58,483 nucleotides of DNA from Patescibacteria group bacterium (lineage in GTDB: Bacteria > Patescibacteriota > Patescibacteriia > SG8-24). Of the stretch, positions 25,071 to 33,342 are shown piece after piece. Location: assembly GCA_028714475.1 (NCBI GenBank), contig JAQTNC010000008.1, positions 1 through 58,483 on the forward strand, in the 5' to 3' direction. The position numbers were made by a program, and so were the translations under genes. Each line of letters begins with the position of its first letter. Within the stretch, counting starts at the first letter, position 1. The notes under the pieces are model-generated. The model did no database searches, was not told where the DNA came from, and saw nothing but the letters and a program-made list of their open reading frames with translations.

Positions 25071-25328
25071 ATGGTCACCGTCCTATACATCCTAAAAAAT
25101 ACAAAAGGCAGCTATTACGTCGGGGTCACCGAGGACATCCAGCGCAGGCTGTCCGAGCATAATGTTGGGAAAAGTCTTGCCACGAGAGGAAGAGGACCGT
25201 GGGACCTGGTCTACACGGAAACCTTCCCCTCGCCGCAAGAAGCGAAGAGGCGGGAATATCAGATTAAGCAAAAGAAACGGAAGTCGTATATCGAGTGGTT
25301 GCTGAAGAATCGTGGGTCCGTGGTGTAG
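25071..25328 (+). CDS. small stand-alone GIY-YIG nuclease family protein
   Basis: Frame of 24918..25328 trimmed to ATG 25071. LYILKNTKGSYYVGVTEDIQRRLSEHN...REYQIKQ. The stop codon lies inside repeat copy 2. Confidence 0.85.
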   Translation: MVTVLYILKNTKGSYYVGVTEDIQRRLSEHNVGKSLATRGRGPWDLVYTETFPSPQEAKRREYQIKQKKRKSYIEWLLKNRGSVV

Positions 25329-25376
25329 CCCGGTTAACACGGGCCGCACTGCTGCGGCCAGACCGAGGGTTCGAAT
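25311..25376 (+). pseudogene. truncated tRNA-Asp-like element, copy 2
   Basis: Identical to 25001-25066; diverges after GGTTCGAAT. Confidence 0.8.
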
Positions 25377-25404
25377 GCACGACACGATTCGCTAAGCATG
25401 GCGT

Positions 25405-25482
25405 GGGTCCGTGGTGTAGCCCGGTTAACACGTCTCCCTGTCACGGAGAAGACCGAGGGTTCGAATCCCTTCGGACCCGCCA
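25405..25482 (+). tRNA. tRNA-Asp (anticodon GTC), CCA encoded
   Basis: Manual cloverleaf: acceptor GGGTCCG/CGGACCC, D stem GTGT/ACAC, anticodon arm TCTCC-CTGTCAC-GGAGA, T arm GAGGG-TTCGAAT-CCCTT. Confidence 0.9.
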
Positions 25483-25517
25483 CGTAAAAAACCCAGCTTG
25501 CTGGGTTTTTTACGTGG
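25480..25517 (+). terminator. palindromic terminator hairpin after tRNA-Asp
   Basis: CCACGTAAAAAACCCAGC-TT-GCTGGGTTTTTTACGTGG. Confidence 0.7.
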
Positions 25518-25713
25518 CGCCCCGTGATGAACTGCGAAGCGGTTCATTTTACGGGGCTTTCCCTAAACGAACGCTGGGTTTCACGTGGCGCGGCCACTTA
25601 ATTTTGATACGGCTTGCCCGGTGTTTTTACGTGGCGTCCCGTGTGGCTCGCCGCGCGAGCCGCTTTACGGGACATTCCTTGGACGAACGCCGGTGTTCAC
25701 GTGGCGCAACCAC
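25507..25713 (+). repeat. two 90-nt degenerate direct repeats (25507-25596 and 25624-25713)
   Basis: Shared frame TTTTTACGTGGCGYCCCGTG-[variable hairpin]-TTTACGGGRC...ACGAACGCYGG..TTCACGTGGCGC..CCAC. Confidence 0.7.
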
Positions 25714-25836
25714 GAGACGAAAGGATTCGAACCCATACCCGCTGCCAATCTTGACTTTTTCCTTGATTTATGCTATGTTTAGCCTGTAATCTCGCTTAAT
25801 TACAAACTGACTTTGAAAGGCTAAGGTCCAAGAAAT

Positions 25837-26517
25837 ATGCCAACCAGACCACCTGCCGCAGAACAACCTCCTGTCATTTCCGACTCCGACATAGAGGGGG
25901 CTTTTGAGGCAATCACCGAGCAGCCACCCGCAAGCGGCGTCCAACAGGCAACCGAAGCCAGGCCAGACGCGCCCGAAATCAAGCAGGCCCGCGTCGGCGA
26001 GGTCGCGAACCGATTCGCTGGTGAAGCCGTTGGCCTGCTCAAGGCCGATAAGGGAGAAGGCAAACAGGGGCTGGCAACGCTGAAGGATCGCTTCCTACAA
26101 GAGGCCCGTCAAACCGTTCCGGACATAACGAACGGGGAGGCCATGGATAGTCTCCGGGCGTACCTCAAAAGCCAGCACGACGCGCACTTCTCCCTCGATG
26201 AAACGTTGGCTGGCGACATCGACGCATTTGCGCGTTCGTTAGAATTTGAGGCCAAGGTTGAATCGAAATCCGCCAAGGCCTTCCTGACGATGTTGAACAG
26301 CGACAGCTACGAGACGATGGAAGACGCCATGAACGGTCTGGATGAATACAAGAGGCAGGCAACGGCAGCTGACATGGGTGCCGACGAAATGAACAGCGAA
26401 TTCAACGCCCTCTACCAGATGGCGCAAAGGCATTTCGGCGGCGAAAGCCGGGGTGAGAAGGGGGCGTTGGAAGCTTCAGACGAAGACATTGAAGGTGCCC
26501 TCAATCAACTCGGATAA
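25837..26517 (+). CDS. acidic hypothetical protein
   Basis: 226 aa, D/E-rich; related terminal motifs SDSDIEGAFEAI (N-terminus) and SDEDIEGALNQL (C-terminus). Confidence 0.65.
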   Translation: MPTRPPAAEQPPVISDSDIEGAFEAITEQPPASGVQQATEARPDAPEIKQARVGEVANRFAGEAVGLLKADKGEGKQGLATLKDRFLQEARQTVPDITNGEAMDSLRAYLKSQHDAHFSLDETLAGDIDAFARSLEFEAKVESKSAKAFLTMLNSDSYETMEDAMNGLDEYKRQATAADMGADEMNSEFNALYQMAQRHFGGESRGEKGALEASDEDIEGALNQLG

Positions 26518-26615
26518 ACGTCGATACAAGCAACGCCAATGACGAATAAGCGGCCTGCCTCATGGCGGGTCGTTTTGAATTCGTCATAACTAATAAGAGC
26601 CCGCGCTTGGCAGGC

Positions 26616-27032
26616 TCAAAAAGGAATCCGGGCGCCGTGCGCGTCGCGGATTCGGGCGCGGGTTTCCTCGACCGAGAGGGCCCGGGCCGAATCGAGAACG
26701 AGCGGCGTGACGCGACCCTCGGCGCTGACTTCGAAAATTGGACAGCCGCGACTGGCCAGGAAATCCGCCTCGGCACAAACTCCCGCCCCGAACTTCCCGT
26801 CGCGGAAAGGGAGAAAAACGCCGGCGCTGCAGGGGGGCAACATCTCTTGCAAGAAATACGTCATGCCGTTCCCCGTCTCTCGCCGATAGCGCTGGCAGGC
26901 CTCCTGATGCTCGGGCTGGTTCGGATTCAGGACTTCCCAATCCGGGAAGGCGGCCTCGATGGCCTCGACCAAGGACCTTTCCAACTCCGTGTCGTAGGTG
27001 TTGATGGGGTGACCAAAATAGATCTTCGACAT
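26616..27032 (-). CDS. hypothetical protein, possibly nucleoside 2-deoxyribosyltransferase-like fold (weak)
   Basis: MSKIYFGHPINTYD... and GVCAEADFLASRGCPIF give only pattern-level similarity. Confidence 0.6.
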   Translation of the reverse strand: MSKIYFGHPINTYDTELERSLVEAIEAAFPDWEVLNPNQPEHQEACQRYRRETGNGMTYFLQEMLPPCSAGVFLPFRDGKFGAGVCAEADFLASRGCPIFEVSAEGRVTPLVLDSARALSVEETRARIRDAHGARIPF

Positions 27033-27095
27033 CAGCTGGCCTTTCGCGAAAGGACGTGATGACGGTATGTTATCGCAACGACTCGCGAAGTCAAG

Positions 27096-27119
27096 AAAAG
27101 GCCCTTTTCCGGGCCTTTT
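27096..27119 (-). terminator. terminator hairpin candidate downstream of ppsA
   Basis: AAAAGGCCC-TTTTCC-GGGCCTTTT. Confidence 0.5.
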
Positions 27120-27129
27120 CTGAAATCAA

Positions 27130-29616
27130 TTATTTCTTGCCTTTCGCCGCGGCGGCCTTTCCGCCCCTTTGCCTCGCGAGCTTCGCTTCCGTCTCAGCGA
27201 TAGCGATCGAGGTCTTGATGACCGAGTCGGGGTTGAGTGACATGCTGTCTATCCCCTCCTCCACCAGGAACTGGGCGAACTCGGGATAATCCGACGGCGC
27301 CTGGCCGCAGATGCCGACCTTCACGTGTTTCTTCTTGGCGACGCGGATGAGATGCCGGATGGATTCGTAAATGGCGTCGTTGCGCTCGTTGTAGAGATGG
27401 CTCACGTATGACGAATCGCGGTCAACGCCGAGCGTGAGCTGGGTTAAATCATTCGAACCGATGCTGAAGCCGTCGAAGATGTCGGCGAACTGGTCGGCGA
27501 GGATGACGTTCGACGGGATTTCCGCCATGACGTACACCTTGAGGCCGTCCTTGCCGCGGACCAAACCCGCCTCGGCCATGGCCTTGAGCACGTCCTTCCC
27601 TTCCTGCGGCGTGCGGCAAAACGGAATCATCACGACCAGATTCTTGAGCCCCATCTCCTCGCGCACCTTGCGGATGGCGCGGCACTCGAGCAGAAAGGCT
27701 TCCTTGTATTTCGGGTCGTAGTAACGCGATGCGCCGCGCCAGCCGATCATCGGGTTCGATTCGACCGGTTCGTAGGCCTTGCCGCCGATGAGGTTCGCAT
27801 ACTCGTTCGTCTTGAAGTCCGAGAAGCGCAGGATGACCTCCTTGGGTGAGAACGCCGCGGCGAGCCGGCCGACGCCTTCCGCGAGACGATCCACGAAAAA
27901 TTTGGTCTTGTCCGTGTAGCCGATGGTCAGGTCATCAATCGCTTCCTTGACGTGCAGATCCGGCAGACGGTCGTAATTGAGCAGCGCGAGCGGGTGAATC
28001 TTGATGAAGTTGGTGAAGATGAACTCGGCGCGCGCGAGGCCCACGCCGGCATTCGGCAGGAAGGAGTGGTCGAAGGCCATCTCCGGCTCGGCGATGTTCA
28101 GCATGACCGCCGTCTTCGGCGTCTTGAAGTCATCGAGCTTGGTGCGCTTGACTTCGAACGGGATGAGGCCGGCGTAAACCTTGCCTTCCTCGCCCTCGGC
28201 GCAGGAGACCGTCACTTCCATGCCGTCCTTGAGCTTCTCCATCGCCTCCCTCGTGCCGACGACCGCCGGCGTGCCCATTTCGCGAGAGACAATGGCCGCG
28301 TGACAGGTTCGGCCGCCGCTGTTGGTCACGATGGCCGCGGCCTTCTTCATGATCGGCACCCAATCCGGGTCGGTCATCTCGGCGACCAGCACCTCGCCGG
28401 CCTTGAACCGCGGCATGTCCGCGATGTCGCGGATAACGCGGACGCGGCCGGAGCCGATGCGCGTTCCGACCGACAGCCCGGTCACGAGCACTTCCGCCTT
28501 TTTCGACTTGATGACGTATTCCTCGAGCACGTGGCGATCCCGGCCAGCCTGAACCGTTTCCGGACGCGCCTGCACGATGAACAGCTGTCCCGTGACGCCA
28601 TCCTTGGCCCACTCGATGTCCATCGGCTCCAAATGACCGACGAGCTTGGAATAGTATTCCTCGATGGCCACGCCCCATTTTGCCAACTGGAGGACCTCAT
28701 CATCGTTCAAGCACGGCTGTTGGCGCTCGTCGGCGGGCACCGGCACGGAATGAATCGGCGCGCCGGACTCTAGGCTGTAGACGATCTTCGTCTCCTTGGA
28801 ACCGATGGTGCGCCCGATGATGGGCCGAAAACCCTGCTTGAGTGTCGGCTTGAAGACGTAATACTGGTCCGGATTGACCTTGCCCTGCACGACGCTTTCG
28901 CCGAGGCCATAGGCGCCGTTGATCAAGACCGCGTTCTCGAAACCGCTCTCGGTGTCGATCGAGAACATCACGCCGGCGCAGGCGAGATCGGAACGCACCA
29001 TCTTCTGCACGCCGACCGAGAGCGCGACCTTGAGGTGGTCAAAACCCTTCTCGACGCGGTAGGCAATGGCGCGGTTGGTGAAAAGCGAGGCGATGCAGCG
29101 CTTGACCGCGTCCAGGAGCGCGAATTCGCCCTTGATGTTGAGATAAGTGTCCTGCTGGCCGGCGAACGACGCGCCCGGCAAATCCTCGGCCGTGGCGGAG
29201 GAACGCACGGCGACCGCCGGTTCCTTGGTGCCGATGCGCTCGCCCAGCTGGCGGTATGACTCCGTGATGGACGCCCGAACGTCTTCCGGCAATTCGGCGG
29301 CGAGGATGGCCTGGCGCACGCGTCCGCCGGCGTTCGCGAGAGCATCAACGTCCCGGGTGTCGAGGCCGCGCAGCGCGTCAGCAATGACCTGCCGGAGCCC
29401 GGTGGCGTCCATGAATCTCCAATAGGCGTCGGCCGTCACGGCGAAACCGTCCGGCACCGGGATGCCGCGCTTGCCGAGGTTGCGGAACATCTCGCCGAGA
29501 CTGGCGTTCTTGCCGCCGACCGAAGCGACATCGGTCATGTTGACGACGGAAAAATCCTTGACGTAAACGGGGGCGACGACATTCCGCTGGGGCTTGTTGA
29601 TCTTGGTTTTGGCCAT
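27130..29616 (-). CDS. ppsA: phosphoenolpyruvate synthase (pyruvate, water dikinase)
   Basis: 828 aa; VASVGGKNASLGEM N-terminus; mobile-His domain GGRTCHAAIVSREMGTPAVVG; PEP-utilising C-terminal domain. Confidence 0.95.
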   Translation of the reverse strand: MAKTKINKPQRNVVAPVYVKDFSVVNMTDVASVGGKNASLGEMFRNLGKRGIPVPDGFAVTADAYWRFMDATGLRQVIADALRGLDTRDVDALANAGGRVRQAILAAELPEDVRASITESYRQLGERIGTKEPAVAVRSSATAEDLPGASFAGQQDTYLNIKGEFALLDAVKRCIASLFTNRAIAYRVEKGFDHLKVALSVGVQKMVRSDLACAGVMFSIDTESGFENAVLINGAYGLGESVVQGKVNPDQYYVFKPTLKQGFRPIIGRTIGSKETKIVYSLESGAPIHSVPVPADERQQPCLNDDEVLQLAKWGVAIEEYYSKLVGHLEPMDIEWAKDGVTGQLFIVQARPETVQAGRDRHVLEEYVIKSKKAEVLVTGLSVGTRIGSGRVRVIRDIADMPRFKAGEVLVAEMTDPDWVPIMKKAAAIVTNSGGRTCHAAIVSREMGTPAVVGTREAMEKLKDGMEVTVSCAEGEEGKVYAGLIPFEVKRTKLDDFKTPKTAVMLNIAEPEMAFDHSFLPNAGVGLARAEFIFTNFIKIHPLALLNYDRLPDLHVKEAIDDLTIGYTDKTKFFVDRLAEGVGRLAAAFSPKEVILRFSDFKTNEYANLIGGKAYEPVESNPMIGWRGASRYYDPKYKEAFLLECRAIRKVREEMGLKNLVVMIPFCRTPQEGKDVLKAMAEAGLVRGKDGLKVYVMAEIPSNVILADQFADIFDGFSIGSNDLTQLTLGVDRDSSYVSHLYNERNDAIYESIRHLIRVAKKKHVKVGICGQAPSDYPEFAQFLVEEGIDSMSLNPDSVIKTSIAIAETEAKLARQRGGKAAAAKGKK

Positions 29617-29665
29617 AAGGCAGTGCGTTCAAGCCGGCGTCTTCGCGTCGGCTGCGGGTAATTGA

Positions 29666-31114
29666 CTATTTGACGTGGCGGATTTCCACGAGGTTGACGC
29701 CGCCGGAGGTGCCCACCGGCTCGCCGGCGACGATAATTAAGGTGTCGTCGGTCTTGACCATCTTCTCGCGCTTGAGCCAGCCGACGGAACGGTCCACCAG
29801 TTCCTCCACGGTGTTGCAGCGCGGCAGGATGAACGGCAAAACGCCCCAGGAAAGGTTGAGCTGGTGCCGGACGCGCTCGTTGTCAGTGGCGACGAGAATC
29901 GGCAGTTCCGGCCGATAACGGCTCACCACGCGGCCGGTTCCGCCCGAAAGGGAAGCGACGAGAATCAGCTTGGCTCGCGAGTCGCGCGCCAGGATGGTGG
30001 CGACGTTCGACAAGGCTTGTTCGGTATCGCGGCCATAGCCCGGCAATTCCGAATTGTCGGTGTTGTCGTACTTCGAGGCCTCGGTTTCGCGGACGATGCG
30101 GGCCATCGTCTCGACCGACTCGACCGGATACTGGCCGCCGGCGGTCTCGCCGGAAAGCATCACCGCGTCGGTATGGTCGATGACCGCGTTGGCGACATCG
30201 GACACCTCGGCGCGCGTTGGCCGGGGATTTCGAATCATGGAATCGAGCATCTGCGTCGCGACGATGACCGGTTTGCTGGCCGCGCGGCACTTATCGATGA
30301 TCATCTTCTGGATGAGCGGCACCTCCTCGGCCGGCATCTCGATGCCCAAGTCGCCGCGCGCCACCATGATGCCGTCCGCCGCCTCGACGATCTCGTCAAT
30401 GTTCCTGACCGCCTCGTGCTTCTCGATCTTGGCGACGATGCGGATCGGCGAGCCGTAGGCATAGGCCGAGCCCAACTCCGTCTCGTGCTGCTTGATGAGG
30501 TAGCGCAGATCATAGACCTCCTTGGCCGTGCGGACGAACGACAGTGCCACCCAATCCACGCGCTGTTCCACGCCGAATTTCACGTCCGCGACGTCCTTCT
30601 CGGTCACGGCCGGGATGGAGAGGGTCGCCGTCGGCACGTTGATGCCCTTGTTGGACTTGAGTATGCCGCCCGTCACCACCTCGCAACTGATGTCGCGTCC
30701 GTCAACGGCGGCGACGCGCACGTCCATGAGCCCGTCGTCAAGCAGCAGGCGGTCGCCGATTTTCACGTCAGCATGAAGGTTGGCGTACCCGACAGGGATC
30801 TTTGGCAAAGCCGCCGCCGGATCGGTGGACAAGACGACCGTGGCCTTCGACTCCAGCTCCACCCCTTCCGCCGGCAATTTGCCGACGCGCACCTTCGGCC
30901 CCTGCAAATCCTGGAGAATGGCCACCGGTTCCTTGGTCTTGCTCGACAGGACCCGCAAGTCGCGAATCATGGCCGCGTGCTCCTCGTGCGTGCCGTGCGA
31001 AAAATTCAGCCGGGCGACGTTCATGCCCGCCTTGACCATGTCCGCCAAGACCTCCGGCCGGTTTGAAGCCGGGCCGATGGTACAGACGATTTTTGTTCGC
31101 TTATTTTGGCGCAT
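29666..31114 (-). CDS. pyk: pyruvate kinase
   Basis: RTKIVCTIGPAS...MNVARLNFSHG...MVARGDLGIE...ATQMLDSM. Confidence 0.95.
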   Translation of the reverse strand: MRQNKRTKIVCTIGPASNRPEVLADMVKAGMNVARLNFSHGTHEEHAAMIRDLRVLSSKTKEPVAILQDLQGPKVRVGKLPAEGVELESKATVVLSTDPAAALPKIPVGYANLHADVKIGDRLLLDDGLMDVRVAAVDGRDISCEVVTGGILKSNKGINVPTATLSIPAVTEKDVADVKFGVEQRVDWVALSFVRTAKEVYDLRYLIKQHETELGSAYAYGSPIRIVAKIEKHEAVRNIDEIVEAADGIMVARGDLGIEMPAEEVPLIQKMIIDKCRAASKPVIVATQMLDSMIRNPRPTRAEVSDVANAVIDHTDAVMLSGETAGGQYPVESVETMARIVRETEASKYDNTDNSELPGYGRDTEQALSNVATILARDSRAKLILVASLSGGTGRVVSRYRPELPILVATDNERVRHQLNLSWGVLPFILPRCNTVEELVDRSVGWLKREKMVKTDDTLIIVAGEPVGTSGGVNLVEIRHVK

Positions 31115-31200
31115 AAATCGGCCCAGCCCCAGCCAGGCATTTCTTTACTTAATTATACCAAAAAAACGCGGCCTCTTGAACCGCGCTCTCAGCCCTGAAT

Positions 31201-31665
31201 TCAGGCCGCTTTTTGCTTTTCGGCCAACTGGTCAACCTCTTCCCGGAAGGTCTTGATGTCGTCGAAGGACTTGTACACCGAAGCGAACCGCAGGTAGGCC
31301 ACGGGGTCAAATTCCCGCAGGTGCAGAATCACGATTTCGCCAACTTCCTGGGTGGACATGATGTCTTTCCGGAGACGCTGCAGATCGCGCTCGATGGCGC
31401 CGACCAGGGTCTTGAACTGTTCCGGCGTGCACGGCCGCTTCTCGAGGGATTTCTTGAGGCCGGCTTCAAGCTTCTCACGGTCATACGCCTCGCGTCGCCC
31501 GTCGCGCTTGACGAGCGTCAGATCCAGCAGTTCCATCTCCTCGACGGTCGTGAATCGGTTGCCGCAGCCGTCGCACTCGCGCCGCCGGCGGATGCGCAAA
31601 CCATCGCCGCTTTCGCGCGAATCCACGACCTTGGTTTCCTCATGGCTGCAGACGGGACAATGCAT
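31201..31665 (-). CDS. nrdR: transcriptional repressor NrdR
   Basis: MHCPVCSHEETKVVDSR...RRRECDGCGNRFTT zinc ribbon plus ATP-cone. Confidence 0.95.
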   Translation of the reverse strand: MHCPVCSHEETKVVDSRESGDGLRIRRRRECDGCGNRFTTVEEMELLDLTLVKRDGRREAYDREKLEAGLKKSLEKRPCTPEQFKTLVGAIERDLQRLRKDIMSTQEVGEIVILHLREFDPVAYLRFASVYKSFDDIKTFREEVDQLAEKQKAA

Positions 31666-31668
31666 AGT

Positions 31669-31797
31669 AGCGGCAGGGCTTACCCCTGCACCTCCTTAAA
31701 CAATCGACAGCAGCGGCAGGGCTTACCCCTGCACCTCCTTAAACAATCGACAGCAGCGGCAGGGCTTACCCCTGCACCTCCTTAAACAAACGACAGC
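31669..31797 (-). repeat. 3 x 43-bp tandem repeat, each unit carrying AAGGAGGTG plus a hairpin
   Basis: Minus-strand unit GCTGTCGATTGTTTAAGGAGGTGCAGGGGTAAGCCCTGCCGCT. Period 43 is confirmed by the TAA positions at 31697, 31740 and 31783. Only the third unit differs, by one mismatch. Confidence 0.9.
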
Positions 31798-31846
31798 AAA
31801 AGGCCTGCATTTATTGTGGTGGCGGGATGAACCCGCCCGCTACCCC

Positions 31847-33079
31847 CTACCCCATCTTGCGCCGGATGAAAGCCGGGATCTCGATATCCTCTTCCGCGGC
31901 TGCCGTCGCCGCTTGCGGCTCGTAGGCCGATGGCTCGCGCGTCACGCCGAGCGTGCGCTTGACGAATGGACGGGTCGGCTCTTCGGCCGCCTCTTCCGTC
32001 GCGCCCACCCGCGTCGCGTTCGCGTCAGCCGACTTCGTGGCGTCCGCCTGGATGTCCTTCTTCAGGAAACGGTTCGCCGAATAGACCGGTTCGCCGACGC
32101 CCTTGGCCGCGATGAGCGGCTTGTGGTCGCCGTCAAAGCCCGTGGCAATGACGCAGACTTTGAGTTCGTCCTTCATGGTCTCGTCCACGGCCATGCCCCA
32201 GATGACCCTGGCGTTCTCATGGGCGTTGGCGGTGATGACCTTGGTCGCTTCCGAAACCTCATGCATGCCCATCTTGGAGTTGCCGGTGATGGAAACGAGG
32301 ATACCACGGGCGCCCTCGATGGAAACCTCGAGAAGCGGGCTCGAAACGGCCGCCTTGGCCGCCTCGACCGCGCGGTTGTCGCCGGTGGCGCGGCCGATGC
32401 CCATGAGCGCCGTGCCGGTCTCGGCCATGATGGCGCGCACATCGGCAAAATCAACGTTGATGAGGCCGTGCACCGTGATGAGCTCCGAGATGCCCTGGAC
32501 GCCCTGGCGCAAAACATCGTCCACGGTGTCGAAAGCGTCCAAAAGCGAGGTCTTCTTGTCCACGATCTGCAGGACGCGGTCGTTCGGGATGGTGATGATG
32601 GAATCAACGTGCTGGGCCAGTTCGGCGTGGGACTTCTCGGCGATGTCGCGGCGCTGGGCGCCCTCGAACGCGAACGGTTTGGTGACCACCGCGACGGTGA
32701 GCGCCCCCAAATCGCGGGCGATTTCCGCCACGATCGGCGCGCCGCCGGAACCCGTGCCGCCACCCAAGCCGCACGTCACGAAAACCATGTCCGCGCCCTT
32801 GAGCGCGTCGCGGAGCTCGTTCTGGCTTTCCATGGCCGCCTGCTTGCCCACGTCCGGATTCATGCCCGCGCCCAAACCACGCGTGATGGTCTTGCCGAGA
32901 TGGATCTTCACCGGCGCCTGCGAATAATGCAGGGCCTGAACGTCGGTGTTGGCCGCGATGAATTCCACGCCCTTGATTTTGGACGTGATCATTCGGTTGG
33001 TGGCGGAGCAGCCGCTGCCGCCGATGCCGATGACTTTTATCTTCGCGAACGTCTCGATGGCTGGTTTCACTTCGGCCAT
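31847..33079 (-). CDS. ftsZ: cell division protein FtsZ
   Basis: IKVIGIGGSGCSATNRM...GGGTGSGGAPIVAEIAR tubulin signature. Confidence 0.97.
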   Translation of the reverse strand: MAEVKPAIETFAKIKVIGIGGSGCSATNRMITSKIKGVEFIAANTDVQALHYSQAPVKIHLGKTITRGLGAGMNPDVGKQAAMESQNELRDALKGADMVFVTCGLGGGTGSGGAPIVAEIARDLGALTVAVVTKPFAFEGAQRRDIAEKSHAELAQHVDSIITIPNDRVLQIVDKKTSLLDAFDTVDDVLRQGVQGISELITVHGLINVDFADVRAIMAETGTALMGIGRATGDNRAVEAAKAAVSSPLLEVSIEGARGILVSITGNSKMGMHEVSEATKVITANAHENARVIWGMAVDETMKDELKVCVIATGFDGDHKPLIAAKGVGEPVYSANRFLKKDIQADATKSADANATRVGATEEAAEEPTRPFVKRTLGVTREPSAYEPQAATAAAEEDIEIPAFIRRKMG

Positions 33080-33152
33080 AATTGATGGGCAAGCGCAGTC
33101 GGGAAATACCCGGCGCCGGTCTATAAAAAATTTCAGGTTTCAACTCATAAGA

Positions 33153-33181
33153 ACTATATGGCTAGATATCCACATTGTCAA
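33153..33181 (-). promoter_or_regulatory. sigma70-type promoter candidate for ftsZ
   Basis: Minus strand TTGACA, 17-bp spacer, TATAGT in the AT-rich ftsA-ftsZ gap. Confidence 0.5.
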
Positions 33182-33298
33182 GAATATTGGCTTATTGAAC
33201 AAAAAAATTGTTCATGGATATTTTCCGAGACGTTGACGTTCTCGTCGCCGTTGGCGGCTAAACACTCCGAAGTCAAACAGGTGTGGGGCAGCCGCAAC

Positions 33299-33323
33299 AA
33301 AAAACCGGCGAAAAACGCCGGTT
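33299..33323 (-). terminator. intrinsic terminator downstream of ftsA
   Basis: AACCGGCG-AAAAA-CGCCGGTT flanked by A and T tracts. Confidence 0.6.
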
Positions 33324-33342
33324 TTAAATGCTTTTTGATGAA

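Noticed and set aside
25715-25750. T-arm-like GGATTCGAACCC fragment (possible minus-strand tRNA)
   Set aside because: No acceptor, D or anticodon arms can be built. It is treated as tRNA debris.
31669-31797. Possible CRISPR array (43-bp repeats); also considered for 54700-54900
   Set aside because: The units are contiguous with no spacers (31669-31797). At 54700-54900 the repeats are only 2-3 tRNA-Val-derived fragments. No cas genes are present in the window.
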